IMG/VR virus record: IMGVR_UViG_3300000917_000001
Direction: 5' to 3' (one strand)
Origin: an uncultured virus (IMG/VR IMGVR_UViG_3300000917_000001)
Lineage: Duplodnaviria > Heunggongvirae > Uroviricota > Caudoviricetes
Length of the DNA stretch: 20,000 nt
Under the pieces are notes generated by a model. It was not told the DNA's origin. It was given only the letters and a program-made list of their open reading frames with translations, and made no database searches. The position numbers and the translations under genes were made by a program. Position 1 is the first letter of the stretch. Every line of letters begins with the position of its first letter. Positions 8,378 to 15,979 of this stretch are shown one piece after another.

Positions 8378-9496
8378 TTAGACCCTAATTCTGCGAGGAT
8401 CTATTTTTTCTACTTTTACTTTGTCTTCTTTTTCTTCTGGTTCTTCTTCATCCTCAACTTCTTCTCTAAAAAGCTTAAAAGCTTCTTCTAGATCCCAATC
8501 TTCTCCTTTTTTATGAGGTGAAGGACCACCTGGAACAGAACTTGGAACTGCTGCTTCTTTCTTAACTTCTTTGTCAACATCTAACTCTTTTTCTTCTGGT
8601 TCTTCAGCTGGTTCTTCTGCAGCTTCTTGCTCAAAGATGCTAGCAATTAGGTCTCTTGCTTCTTTTAGATCTGGCGGTTCAACTACTTTATCATGAATAT
8701 CTTCTCTATCAGGAATCAATGTATCAGCATCGCCAGTTCCTGCTTGTTCTTCACCACCAGGACCTTCTGTATGCTTCATTGATGCACTGTCAAAATCTTT
8801 TGAACCACCTTCTTCTTCCATAGAATCTTCAAAATCACCACCATAGAAGTCGTCACCATCAGATTCCATCTCAGAAATTAGTTTTTCAATGATGGCATTT
8901 TCCATTTCAACATCTTCTTTTACTTCTTCCTTTTTTTCTTCTTTATCTTCAGCCTTTTCTTCTTTTTCTGCTGACTCATCCTGTTCTTTTACTTCTTCTT
9001 TTTCGTCTTCTTTTTCGTCTTCTACTTTTTCTGGTTCTTCATCTTGTTCTGTTAAAACGTCTAGAAGATGTCTTAAAACAGCAGCCTCTCCTACTTCTTC
9101 TTCTTTTTCATCTTCTTTTTCATCTTCTACTTTTTCTTCTTCTTCTTTTACAATATCCTTTTCTTTTTCGTCTTTTGCACCCTCGATAGTTTTTGAGTCA
9201 GCTGTTCCTGCTTGTTCTTCACCACCAGGACCCTCTGTATGTTTCATAGCTGCGCTATCACCAACTTTTCCGGTATCGATCTCATAATCAGCTTCTTCGA
9301 TACCTTGTTCTCTTCCCTCATCAAAGTAGTATCTTTCAAGAATGCTTGCTGCATCCTTGTTAGTTGGTAGTTCACCATCTCCTTTATATGAGAGAATTGG
9401 ATCAAGCATTGGACCTTTTACATCGACCGTTTTGCTTGTATCCCACTCGCTTATAGCTTCTTTCAACATCTTTACATATGACACTTTTTTAGACAT
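8378..9496 (-). CDS. Highly acidic protein, probable prohead scaffold/core protein
   Basis: Very Glu/Asp/Lys-rich, many (L/I/V)-x-E sites, AGGAGG SD, own upstream motif and terminator, near the head genes. Confidence 0.6.
   Translation of the reverse strand: MSKKVSYVKMLKEAISEWDTSKTVDVKGPMLDPILSYKGDGELPTNKDAASILERYYFDEGREQGIEEADYEIDTGKVGDSAAMKHTEGPGGEEQAGTADSKTIEGAKDEKEKDIVKEEEEKVEDEKEDEKEEEVGEAAVLRHLLDVLTEQDEEPEKVEDEKEDEKEEVKEQDESAEKEEKAEDKEEKKEEVKEDVEMENAIIEKLISEMESDGDDFYGGDFEDSMEEEGGSKDFDSASMKHTEGPGGEEQAGTGDADTLIPDREDIHDKVVEPPDLKEARDLIASIFEQEAAEEPAEEPEEKELDVDKEVKKEAAVPSSVPGGPSPHKKGEDWDLEEAFKLFREEVEDEEEPEEKEDKVKVEKIDPRRIRV
8736..9247. repeat. Intragenic 44-bp direct repeat
   Basis: 8736-8779 and 9204-9247 are 42/44 identical; both encode MKHTEGPGGEEQAGT. 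Confidence 0.9.
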
Positions 9497-9549
9497 ATAT
9501 TATTCCTCCTAAATTAATAAGAATAACAATTCAATTTTTAAATTTTGTA

Positions 9550-9557
9550 TTTGTTCT
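9550..9557 (-). promoter_or_regulatory. Putative phage promoter motif AGAACAAA upstream of the scaffold-like gene
   Basis: Recurrent intergenic motif at about the same distance from the start (~54 nt) as the capsid copy. Confidence 0.55.
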
Positions 9558-9590
9558 GGGTTTTTTTCTAATTATGAGACAGTTTGTTTC

Positions 9591-11075
9591 TTATAAAACA
9601 TCAACTCCCTCAAATGATAGAGACGATTTTTGAGTTGCATCTGGTTTCTTTGCATTGGCTCTTGCTTGAATACTAATAAATTTAAATCTAGAGAAATCAA
9701 CTGTAAAACTTAAAGAAACATTATTTTTACCACTTCTATTCTTTCCAATTTTTCCATGAACAACTCCAGCTTCATTTTTATCTGCAGCAAGAAGCATTAC
9801 AAAATCAGCATGTTCAATTTTCTTAATTGATTCACTCATCATATCAACACCAATTTCGTCAGGACTAGTTACTCTATAAGCTCCACGACCTAGTTGAGAT
9901 GCTGTTATAACTGGAATATTATATTGAACAGCTAAAGTTTTTAATGAAAGAGTAATATGACCTAGTTCTAATCTATACATATCATATTTAATATCCGTTT
10001 TAAGCAAATCTAAGTAATCAATATAAAGACCAGCAATTGAATCTTTGCCATATTGTTCAATCATATCATCAACAACACCTGCCAAATCTAAAACACTAAT
10101 ACTCATCGGAGCAAAATATTTCATTACAATTGTTGATCCATTCTTTACTAATTCATCGTATAATCTTTTCTTAATATCAATTCCATGAGTAATATCATCT
10201 AACATCATAGTTGTTGACTTATCAAACATCGGTTGATATGTTCTCATTAAAGCTTCTTCAATAGTATTTTCCAACGTTACATAAATATATACTCTATTTA
10301 TCTCACCTTGTTTTGGCGCTTTCTTATCAAATAAATTTGGAGGTAAAATTGAAGATCTTGATATTACATTATTAATGATTGTAGATTTTCCAGCCCCAGA
10401 CCCACCACCAAAAATATATAATCTTGACGGTTCGAATCCACCATGCATAATTTCGTTATCTAATAAACTAAAACCAGTTGGAGTTGCATTGACCCTTGCA
10501 TACTTTCTTTTAATCATATCAATAACATGACTAAAATCATCTTTAGCAAAATCCAAACTAGCAGATGCTTCAATTGTAATTGCTCGATTGCTTTCCATCA
10601 TATTTGAATAAAGTAATTTAATTGTTTGCTCATAATCTTCAACTAAATCATCAATAGAATCAAAGTTTCCATTCTTTATAATTTCAAGAACTTTATTCAA
10701 TTCATCATAGTTTAAAAATAATGCATTAATCTTTTTTCTTAATCTTACTTGCTTTACAATATCTTGAAATGTTTGATCTTTTAAATCATCATTTACTTTA
10801 AGATCAAGAAAATCTCTATATTGTTTGAATTTTTCGCTGAATGAGATACTATCAAAAATATTATCTATTGTTCTATCATCCAATAACATTGATGTAATCT
10901 TTGTTAAACATTCTACTTTATTTTGTAATCCAATAGGAACCTTTACGGTTTCTTTATCTTTATAAAAACTAAGAATATCAAGAATATCTCTATATAATGC
11001 TTTGCTCTTTTTTATTTTTGATTTCTTATTCAACAATAAAGAAAAACAAGAATTCAAAAACGATTCTGTAATCAT
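9591..11075 (-). CDS. Replicative DNA helicase, DnaB/T4 gp41-like (SF4)
   Basis: Walker A GGSGAGKST, YVTLE, IDYLDLL, TASQLGR, SESIKKIEHAD, KNRSG. Confidence 0.92.
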   Translation of the reverse strand: MITESFLNSCFSLLLNKKSKIKKSKALYRDILDILSFYKDKETVKVPIGLQNKVECLTKITSMLLDDRTIDNIFDSISFSEKFKQYRDFLDLKVNDDLKDQTFQDIVKQVRLRKKINALFLNYDELNKVLEIIKNGNFDSIDDLVEDYEQTIKLLYSNMMESNRAITIEASASLDFAKDDFSHVIDMIKRKYARVNATPTGFSLLDNEIMHGGFEPSRLYIFGGGSGAGKSTIINNVISRSSILPPNLFDKKAPKQGEINRVYIYVTLENTIEEALMRTYQPMFDKSTTMMLDDITHGIDIKKRLYDELVKNGSTIVMKYFAPMSISVLDLAGVVDDMIEQYGKDSIAGLYIDYLDLLKTDIKYDMYRLELGHITLSLKTLAVQYNIPVITASQLGRGAYRVTSPDEIGVDMMSESIKKIEHADFVMLLAADKNEAGVVHGKIGKNRSGKNNVSLSFTVDFSRFKFISIQARANAKKPDATQKSSLSFEGVDVL

Positions 11076-11094
11076 ATTGAAATCCTTTCAATCT

Positions 11095-11102
11095 TTTGTT
11101 CT
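11095..11102 (-). promoter_or_regulatory. Putative phage promoter motif AGAACAAA upstream of the helicase gene
   Basis: Exact copy in a 41-nt intergenic gap. Confidence 0.5.
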
Positions 11103-11116
11103 ATATATGAAAATTC

Positions 11117-11647
11117 TTATCTTGGACCAGATGGGTTTATAGTCCATAACTTCTTAATATTTGGACTAGAAACAGATGTGAGATAGCTAGAAGCAACGTT
11201 ACCTTTACTAGAAAGATTACTTTGACATGTTGCATAACCAGATATAATATTGCCATTTGGAGTTGGAAAAGTTGAACAAGAACTTCCTGAAGATGAAGAA
11301 GACCCACTAGATCTAGGCTTTTTTCCCATAGCATTAGTTATCCAGTCTACAATTCCCACACCCCAGCATTTTTCACAAACTTCTCCTTTATCAATTCCTT
11401 CTCCTTTACATTTAGAACAATATTCTTCACCTTTTTCTGGGTCTGGTAATCTTTGAATCCTGTGCCAGTCATTAAATACCCCTTTTACTTCAAATGTTCT
11501 TCCTTCTTCTACTCTTCCTGTGTTGTTCTCTTCCCCATTATGTTTTCTATCCAATCCACCTTTCCTAAACCCCAACACTTTGGACAAATAAGAGTCTTCG
11601 TTATTTCTATCAAAAATGCTCCATGCCCTTCGCAATTGTCGCACCAT
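11117..11647 (-). CDS. DnaJ-type CxxCxGxG zinc-finger protein with Ser-rich tail (start uncertain)
   Basis: CSKCKGEG...CEKCWGVGIVDWITNAMGK; paralogous to 11509-11706. Confidence 0.55.
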   Translation of the reverse strand: MVRQLRRAWSIFDRNNEDSYLSKVLGFRKGGLDRKHNGEENNTGRVEEGRTFEVKGVFNDWHRIQRLPDPEKGEEYCSKCKGEGIDKGEVCEKCWGVGIVDWITNAMGKKPRSSGSSSSSGSSCSTFPTPNGNIISGYATCQSNLSSKGNVASSYLTSVSSPNIKKLWTINPSGPR

Positions 11648-11706
11648 AATTCACCATCCTCTAACCAAATGCTTTTTTTAAACCATATATTTAGTCTAAT
11701 ATCCAT
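11509..11706 (-). CDS. Small DnaJ-type CxxCxGxG zinc-finger protein
   Basis: CDNCEGHG...CPKCWGLGKVDWIENIMGK; TAATG coupling to the upstream gene. Confidence 0.7.
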   Translation of the reverse strand: MDIRLNIWFKKSIWLEDGELWCDNCEGHGAFLIEITKTLICPKCWGLGKVDWIENIMGKRTTQEE

Positions 11707-13097
11707 TACATTGTTAGTATACTATGACCATTTTCTAGTTCTTTAAACTCATCTTTTGCCAAGAATTTATCAACTAGATACTGACAATATTCTTCATCTA
11801 AATTCTTTAACATATCCAATGATTTAGAAATACTATATGACTTAGTTTTCTGTTTCTTAGTTATTTTTCCTTGATTTATTATTCGAGTAGCATGTAAGCA
11901 TTCTCTATTAAAATCTTCTGGTTCACCGGTTTTATAAATTGGATACACTCGGTCTGCAAAGTCTTTCATTATTGCTTGAACATCACCATATGTATTCAAA
12001 GTATATAAAATTGAATATGCTTTAATATCTTCAAAGAATGTGTTAGTTTTTGGATCGTATACTCCTTCATCAAATGAGATTGGTTTAAATCCAAATTGTC
12101 CTGCAAAGTCATTTAAAACTTTATTATAAACAGTATCTACAAAAGCATCTTCACCCTTGAATCTTTTATGAAGATTTTTTGTCTTAACATCAAGTTTACT
12201 AATATTTCCATGATTATCTCTTACATGAAGAAATCTGGCATGCATTACTTGCTTATAAATTCCAGAAGAGTCATAAGTGATATTTAAATTTATTTTATGC
12301 TCTTCAAAAACAACTTTTCTAAATAGTTCATAAAATAGAATATCTCTATAATTTGCTCCGCCTAATACGTGAAAATTTAAATGATCTTTATTATATCTTT
12401 TACATTCATTTAATAGTGGGATCAATGGCAGAACATAGATAATACATGGTATTGCCATATCGCCTGACATATTAGCAACAATACCACCGGTTCCATGATA
12501 ATTAAACTCAGGAAATAACTCGTTTTCTCTAAGAATTTTTGTATATATTTCCCACAATTTTGGAGTTCTAAAATGATGAATATAAATTATTTTATCTTTT
12601 ACTGCTTGTGATAAATTCTTTGCTTTTAAATAAGATCGTAAATTCAAATCATAAACATCATTAAAATTTTCAAATACCATGCAACCAGGACCAGGTGGAA
12701 CGTCTAAAATAAAAGCTCTATCAAGAACTTCATGATCTTTTTCTAACCACTCATAATACATTTCAATCAAGAGATCAGATTCTTTTCTTCCAAACTTTCC
12801 TATAGAAATTTGAAATCCTCCACTATCTGCAATAAAAGTACAGTTATCAAATAGTCCGGTTTCTCTACATTTTTTAAACAGATTTGTTTCATTAATACTA
12901 TGTCTTTCCATCTTCTTTCTTCGACCAAAATTTTGACCATAAGAATGAAGATATCCAGAACATGCTACTGAAAGAAACTTTGAAATCTGATCTCTTGTGA
13001 AATTATCATTCCACCTGCCTTTCTTTCCAAGCATATAGTTATCAATAATTGTTGTAAGGGTTTCAAACCCTGCTAAAACATAACCACTTCTAGGCAT
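11706..13097 (-). CDS. TGT-fold guanine transglycosylase-like protein (DpdA-like candidate)
   Basis: Ordered motifs IADSGGFQ, ILDVPP, HVLGG and YDSS correspond to TGT-family active-site segments; QueE is nearby. Confidence 0.65.
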   Translation of the reverse strand: MPRSGYVLAGFETLTTIIDNYMLGKKGRWNDNFTRDQISKFLSVACSGYLHSYGQNFGRRKKMERHSINETNLFKKCRETGLFDNCTFIADSGGFQISIGKFGRKESDLLIEMYYEWLEKDHEVLDRAFILDVPPGPGCMVFENFNDVYDLNLRSYLKAKNLSQAVKDKIIYIHHFRTPKLWEIYTKILRENELFPEFNYHGTGGIVANMSGDMAIPCIIYVLPLIPLLNECKRYNKDHLNFHVLGGANYRDILFYELFRKVVFEEHKINLNITYDSSGIYKQVMHARFLHVRDNHGNISKLDVKTKNLHKRFKGEDAFVDTVYNKVLNDFAGQFGFKPISFDEGVYDPKTNTFFEDIKAYSILYTLNTYGDVQAIMKDFADRVYPIYKTGEPEDFNRECLHATRIINQGKITKKQKTKSYSISKSLDMLKNLDEEYCQYLVDKFLAKDEFKELENGHSILTM

Positions 13098-13109
13098 TTT
13101 TCACTCCTT

Positions 13110-13301
13110 CTAAAATCCAATTCCTTCGCCATCTTTTCCTTTAAATAATTTCATAGAAGTCAAGAACGAAATAATATATGTTCCAACAAATACAAATAGT
13201 AGCGTTATCGGGTCTGTTGAAGATGATAACTTAGCGATAACTATTATAATTAAAACCAAATTTGCCAACCATATCCAATTTCTTTTTAAAAAGTCTTTCA
13301 T
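13110..13301 (-). CDS. Small membrane protein with two predicted TM helices
   Basis: 63 aa, two hydrophobic stretches, ATGA coupling to the upstream gene. Confidence 0.65.
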   Translation of the reverse strand: MKDFLKRNWIWLANLVLIIIVIAKLSSSTDPITLLFVFVGTYIISFLTSMKLFKGKDGEGIGF

Positions 13302-13828
13302 TTATGATTCTCCATTTCAAGGATAGTAAATGGCTCACCTACATGAGCACAGTATTCTTTAGCAGCATTTAACGCCATTAAAACTCGTTTCTTTCCATCT
13401 TTAACTTTCTTAGTTGAAAATAATGAACCAAAAGCATAACCACTTCCTGCACCTATAGAAGAAAAATCTCCTCTTATTTCATTCAACTGAAAGTCTATCA
13501 AAATTTCATAAAGTTTATGATTAAAAATTATTAAGAAATTGGCCTGTGTTGCTTGGGTTTCCTCGTCTGAAGAACTCAAACAACCTTTTTGTTCAAATAA
13601 ATTTCTAAGAGCGTCAGGTAAATCTTCAATATCTTTAGGTGCTTCAAAGAAACGAGATTTTATTACTTGGCCAGATCTAATATTACCAGTATAACCAATA
13701 ATATATGGACCATTTTCTATAATTTTATTTGCAATAACTGGACGTATTTCTCCATCTAATGTAGTTGCTAGTCCATCACACCCCATATATGCTTTTCCAT
13801 TTTGAATCAATCCTACAATGCAAGACAT
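13298..13828 (-). CDS. HslV/proteasome-beta-like Ntn protease
   Basis: N-terminal SCIVG...MGCDG, conserved Lys (NKII), IGYTG, SIGAGSGYAFGSL, ALNAA. Confidence 0.75.
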   Translation of the reverse strand: MSCIVGLIQNGKAYMGCDGLATTLDGEIRPVIANKIIENGPYIIGYTGNIRSGQVIKSRFFEAPKDIEDLPDALRNLFEQKGCLSSSDEETQATQANFLIIFNHKLYEILIDFQLNEIRGDFSSIGAGSGYAFGSLFSTKKVKDGKKRVLMALNAAKEYCAHVGEPFTILEMENHK

Positions 13829-13844
13829 TAATTTGCCCTCCTAA

Positions 13845-14645
13845 TTAAGTAGTTGTGGAACCTGCTCTAATACATTTTGCAATATCAAAACAATGATCGT
13901 ATAAGTGTAATCCTTTACTTGTAGCAATAATATCTCCGTCTTCAACTCCAATACAAGAAACAATGTATTCTTTCAATAATTGAATTCCTCCTAAATTAGC
14001 AGGAAATCCGTTCCACAAATCCCAGCTTCTAAAATAAACAAAAAAGTTTAATTTTCCATCTTGTAGTCTTGTATCAATCTGTCGCAAACAAGGGGGATCT
14101 TTTAACAATATATCAGATGGGTGAGCAACTTGTAAAACCATTTGATTATTTCTTGTTCCTTTATTCTTATATGTCCAAATTAATAATTCAATTTGATTTA
14201 GACAATCGCATTTAAACTCATCATCATAAAAAATGATTCCCAAATCTTCTAGTTCCTTTACTTCGTCTAATAGAATAGCCGACCCCTGATTTGTTTGCAT
14301 TTTCTTCCTAAACTCAACTGGTAATGGATATCTAGTTAATCTTTGACCATATGTATATGACTCACCTTCTGCTATATGACCAGTCATTATATATAGAACA
14401 TAATTATCTAGATAATCACAAGCAACAGGATTTGGAACACCATATTGTTGTGGAATATCTGGAAGTAATGGTCTTGTTCCCGGATACTTTATCTGAATTG
14501 TTACCCAATCATATTCTAATCGTTTTTTCGATTCAAATGAACCTCTGTCAATAATAAATTCTCTTCCTTCATCTAATATTTTATATACTGTTTGAAACCA
14601 AGCATCTGATAAATCTCTCGCTTCAATATGAACACATTTCAGCAT
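13845..14645 (-). CDS. thyA: Thymidylate synthase, archaeal/methanogen-like type
   Basis: YTYGQRL, NQI, PPC (catalytic Cys), FRSWDLWNGFPAN (Asn at the dUMP-specificity position), LHLY. Confidence 0.85.
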   Translation of the reverse strand: MLKCVHIEARDLSDAWFQTVYKILDEGREFIIDRGSFESKKRLEYDWVTIQIKYPGTRPLLPDIPQQYGVPNPVACDYLDNYVLYIMTGHIAEGESYTYGQRLTRYPLPVEFRKKMQTNQGSAILLDEVKELEDLGIIFYDDEFKCDCLNQIELLIWTYKNKGTRNNQMVLQVAHPSDILLKDPPCLRQIDTRLQDGKLNFFVYFRSWDLWNGFPANLGGIQLLKEYIVSCIGVEDGDIIATSKGLHLYDHCFDIAKCIRAGSTTT

Positions 14646-14965
14646 TATTGTCCTCCAACATTGATATTGATTGGTTCTAATCCTTCTTTTTCTTCTTCTG
14701 ATTCTAGAATTCCAAATACTTCTCCATACATTAGAGTTCTCAATATTCTCCTTTCAACAACCATTGACATTCCACCATTTGGATGATATACAATAATGTC
14801 TCCAACTTTTAATCCATTTACAGCATTACCAAATGATATTACTCTACCATATTTTTGTGGTGTTGGTTTTATGGCTGTTTCAGGAATAATAATTCCACCT
14901 TTGGTCTGTCTCTTAATAAGTTCTTCTACTACAACTTTGTCATTAATAGCTTTTATCATTTTCAT
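14645..14965 (-). CDS. groES: Co-chaperonin GroES (Cpn10)
   Basis: IKAINDKVVV, mobile loop TKGGIIIP, GRVISFG, LKVGDIIVY. Confidence 0.92.
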   Translation of the reverse strand: MKMIKAINDKVVVEELIKRQTKGGIIIPETAIKPTPQKYGRVISFGNAVNGLKVGDIIVYHPNGGMSMVVERRILRTLMYGEVFGILESEEEKEGLEPININVGGQ

Positions 14966-15255
14966 TCTCCTTCTTCCATTTCTTTACGTCTTTTTCTAAA
15001 CCTACGATATTCTTTTACCATTTTTTCTTCATCTCTTTTTCTTGCTAAAATTGCTTGTGCTCTTTTCTTTTTCTTTGCAATACACGGTTGTTCATAATAC
15101 ATCTTCTCTCTAAGTTCTTTTATTATTCCACTTTTAGAAAACTTTTTCTTAAATCTTCTAATTAAATCTTCAGTTGATTCTCCTTTCCGTTTTACTACAC
15201 AAACTCCTAAACGTTCTTCACTAAAATTTGGATATGCTACATCTGAATTTCTCAC
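14962..15255 (-). CDS. rpsU: Phage-encoded 30S ribosomal protein bS21 with terminal extensions
   Basis: VVKRKGESTEDLIRRFKKK...GIIKELREKMYYEQP..KKKK matches the bS21 signature; GTG start. Confidence 0.88.
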   Translation of the reverse strand: MRNSDVAYPNFSEERLGVCVVKRKGESTEDLIRRFKKKFSKSGIIKELREKMYYEQPCIAKKKKRAQAILARKRDEEKMVKEYRRFRKRRKEMEEGE

Positions 15256-15274
15256 TTATAAGTCACCATCCTTT

Positions 15275-15946
15275 CTAAACAAAACTATACATAATATGCA
15301 ATCTAGAAGAGAAATTAAATTTATATTTCTCTGCTGCATCAAATACTACTGGAGCATTTCTTAGCAAATCAGATCTTGTTACTCCTTCTGGCATAAGAAA
15401 AACTCTCTCACTTTGTGAAATATCATCAACTTCTTTTGATAAAAATTTACAATATCTATTCATATAATCTTCATTTTCATAAACTATTTTTATAAAAAGT
15501 CTTTTAAGAGGTAGAAGTTCTTTAGTCCTTTCAATAGCTTCTTCTGTATCTTTTTGACTGAATATTTTTGGAGAGTAGATAAATTTGACTGGTTTTAATT
15601 CATCAACTGATTTAATCAATTCTTTCAAATGAAATCCGTTTGATTCTACATTTGCAAATGGATAGTTAAGATCATTTAAAATTGAAACTGCTTCATTGAA
15701 GTGTCTATTAACTGTAGGTTCCCCACCAGTTAGTAAAACTCCTGCTTTTGTTTCATTAATAGTTTTTTGAATATCATCTAAATCATAAGGTGCCTCAGCA
15801 GAAATTCTCATTTTTACTGCAGTATCACACCATTTACAACTTAGGTTACAGGTCTTAAAACGAAGAATAAGAGCAGCCCGGCCCATATCTGGACCTTCTC
15901 CTTGAAAACTTCTAAAGTTTTCAATCAATGTTACTTTCTTTCCCAT
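15275..15946 (-). CDS. queE: 7-carboxy-7-deazaguanine synthase QueE-like radical SAM enzyme
   Basis: FRSFQGEG..G, CNLSCKWCDT (CxxxCxxC), TGGEP, VESNG, SPK, LMP, RLH. Confidence 0.85.
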   Translation of the reverse strand: MGKKVTLIENFRSFQGEGPDMGRAALILRFKTCNLSCKWCDTAVKMRISAEAPYDLDDIQKTINETKAGVLLTGGEPTVNRHFNEAVSILNDLNYPFANVESNGFHLKELIKSVDELKPVKFIYSPKIFSQKDTEEAIERTKELLPLKRLFIKIVYENEDYMNRYCKFLSKEVDDISQSERVFLMPEGVTRSDLLRNAPVVFDAAEKYKFNFSSRLHIMYSFV

Positions 15947-15971
15947 AAATTACTCCTTTCGCCTTTATAAA

Positions 15972-15979
15972 TTTGTTCT
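15972..15979 (-). promoter_or_regulatory. Putative phage promoter motif AGAACAAA upstream of queE
   Basis: Exact copy overlapping the polymerase stop codon, 26 nt from the queE start. Confidence 0.5.

Noticed and set aside
8736..9247. CRISPR array or diversity-generating retroelement repeat pair
   Set aside because: Only two in-frame coding copies with synonymous differences; no spacers, cas genes or reverse transcriptase in the window
13110..13301. Holin assignment for the two-TM protein
   Set aside because: No adjacent endolysin or spanin, and topology alone is insufficient
13845..14645. dCMP hydroxymethylase (T4 gp42-like)
   Set aside because: The specificity residue is Asn (dUMP), not Asp
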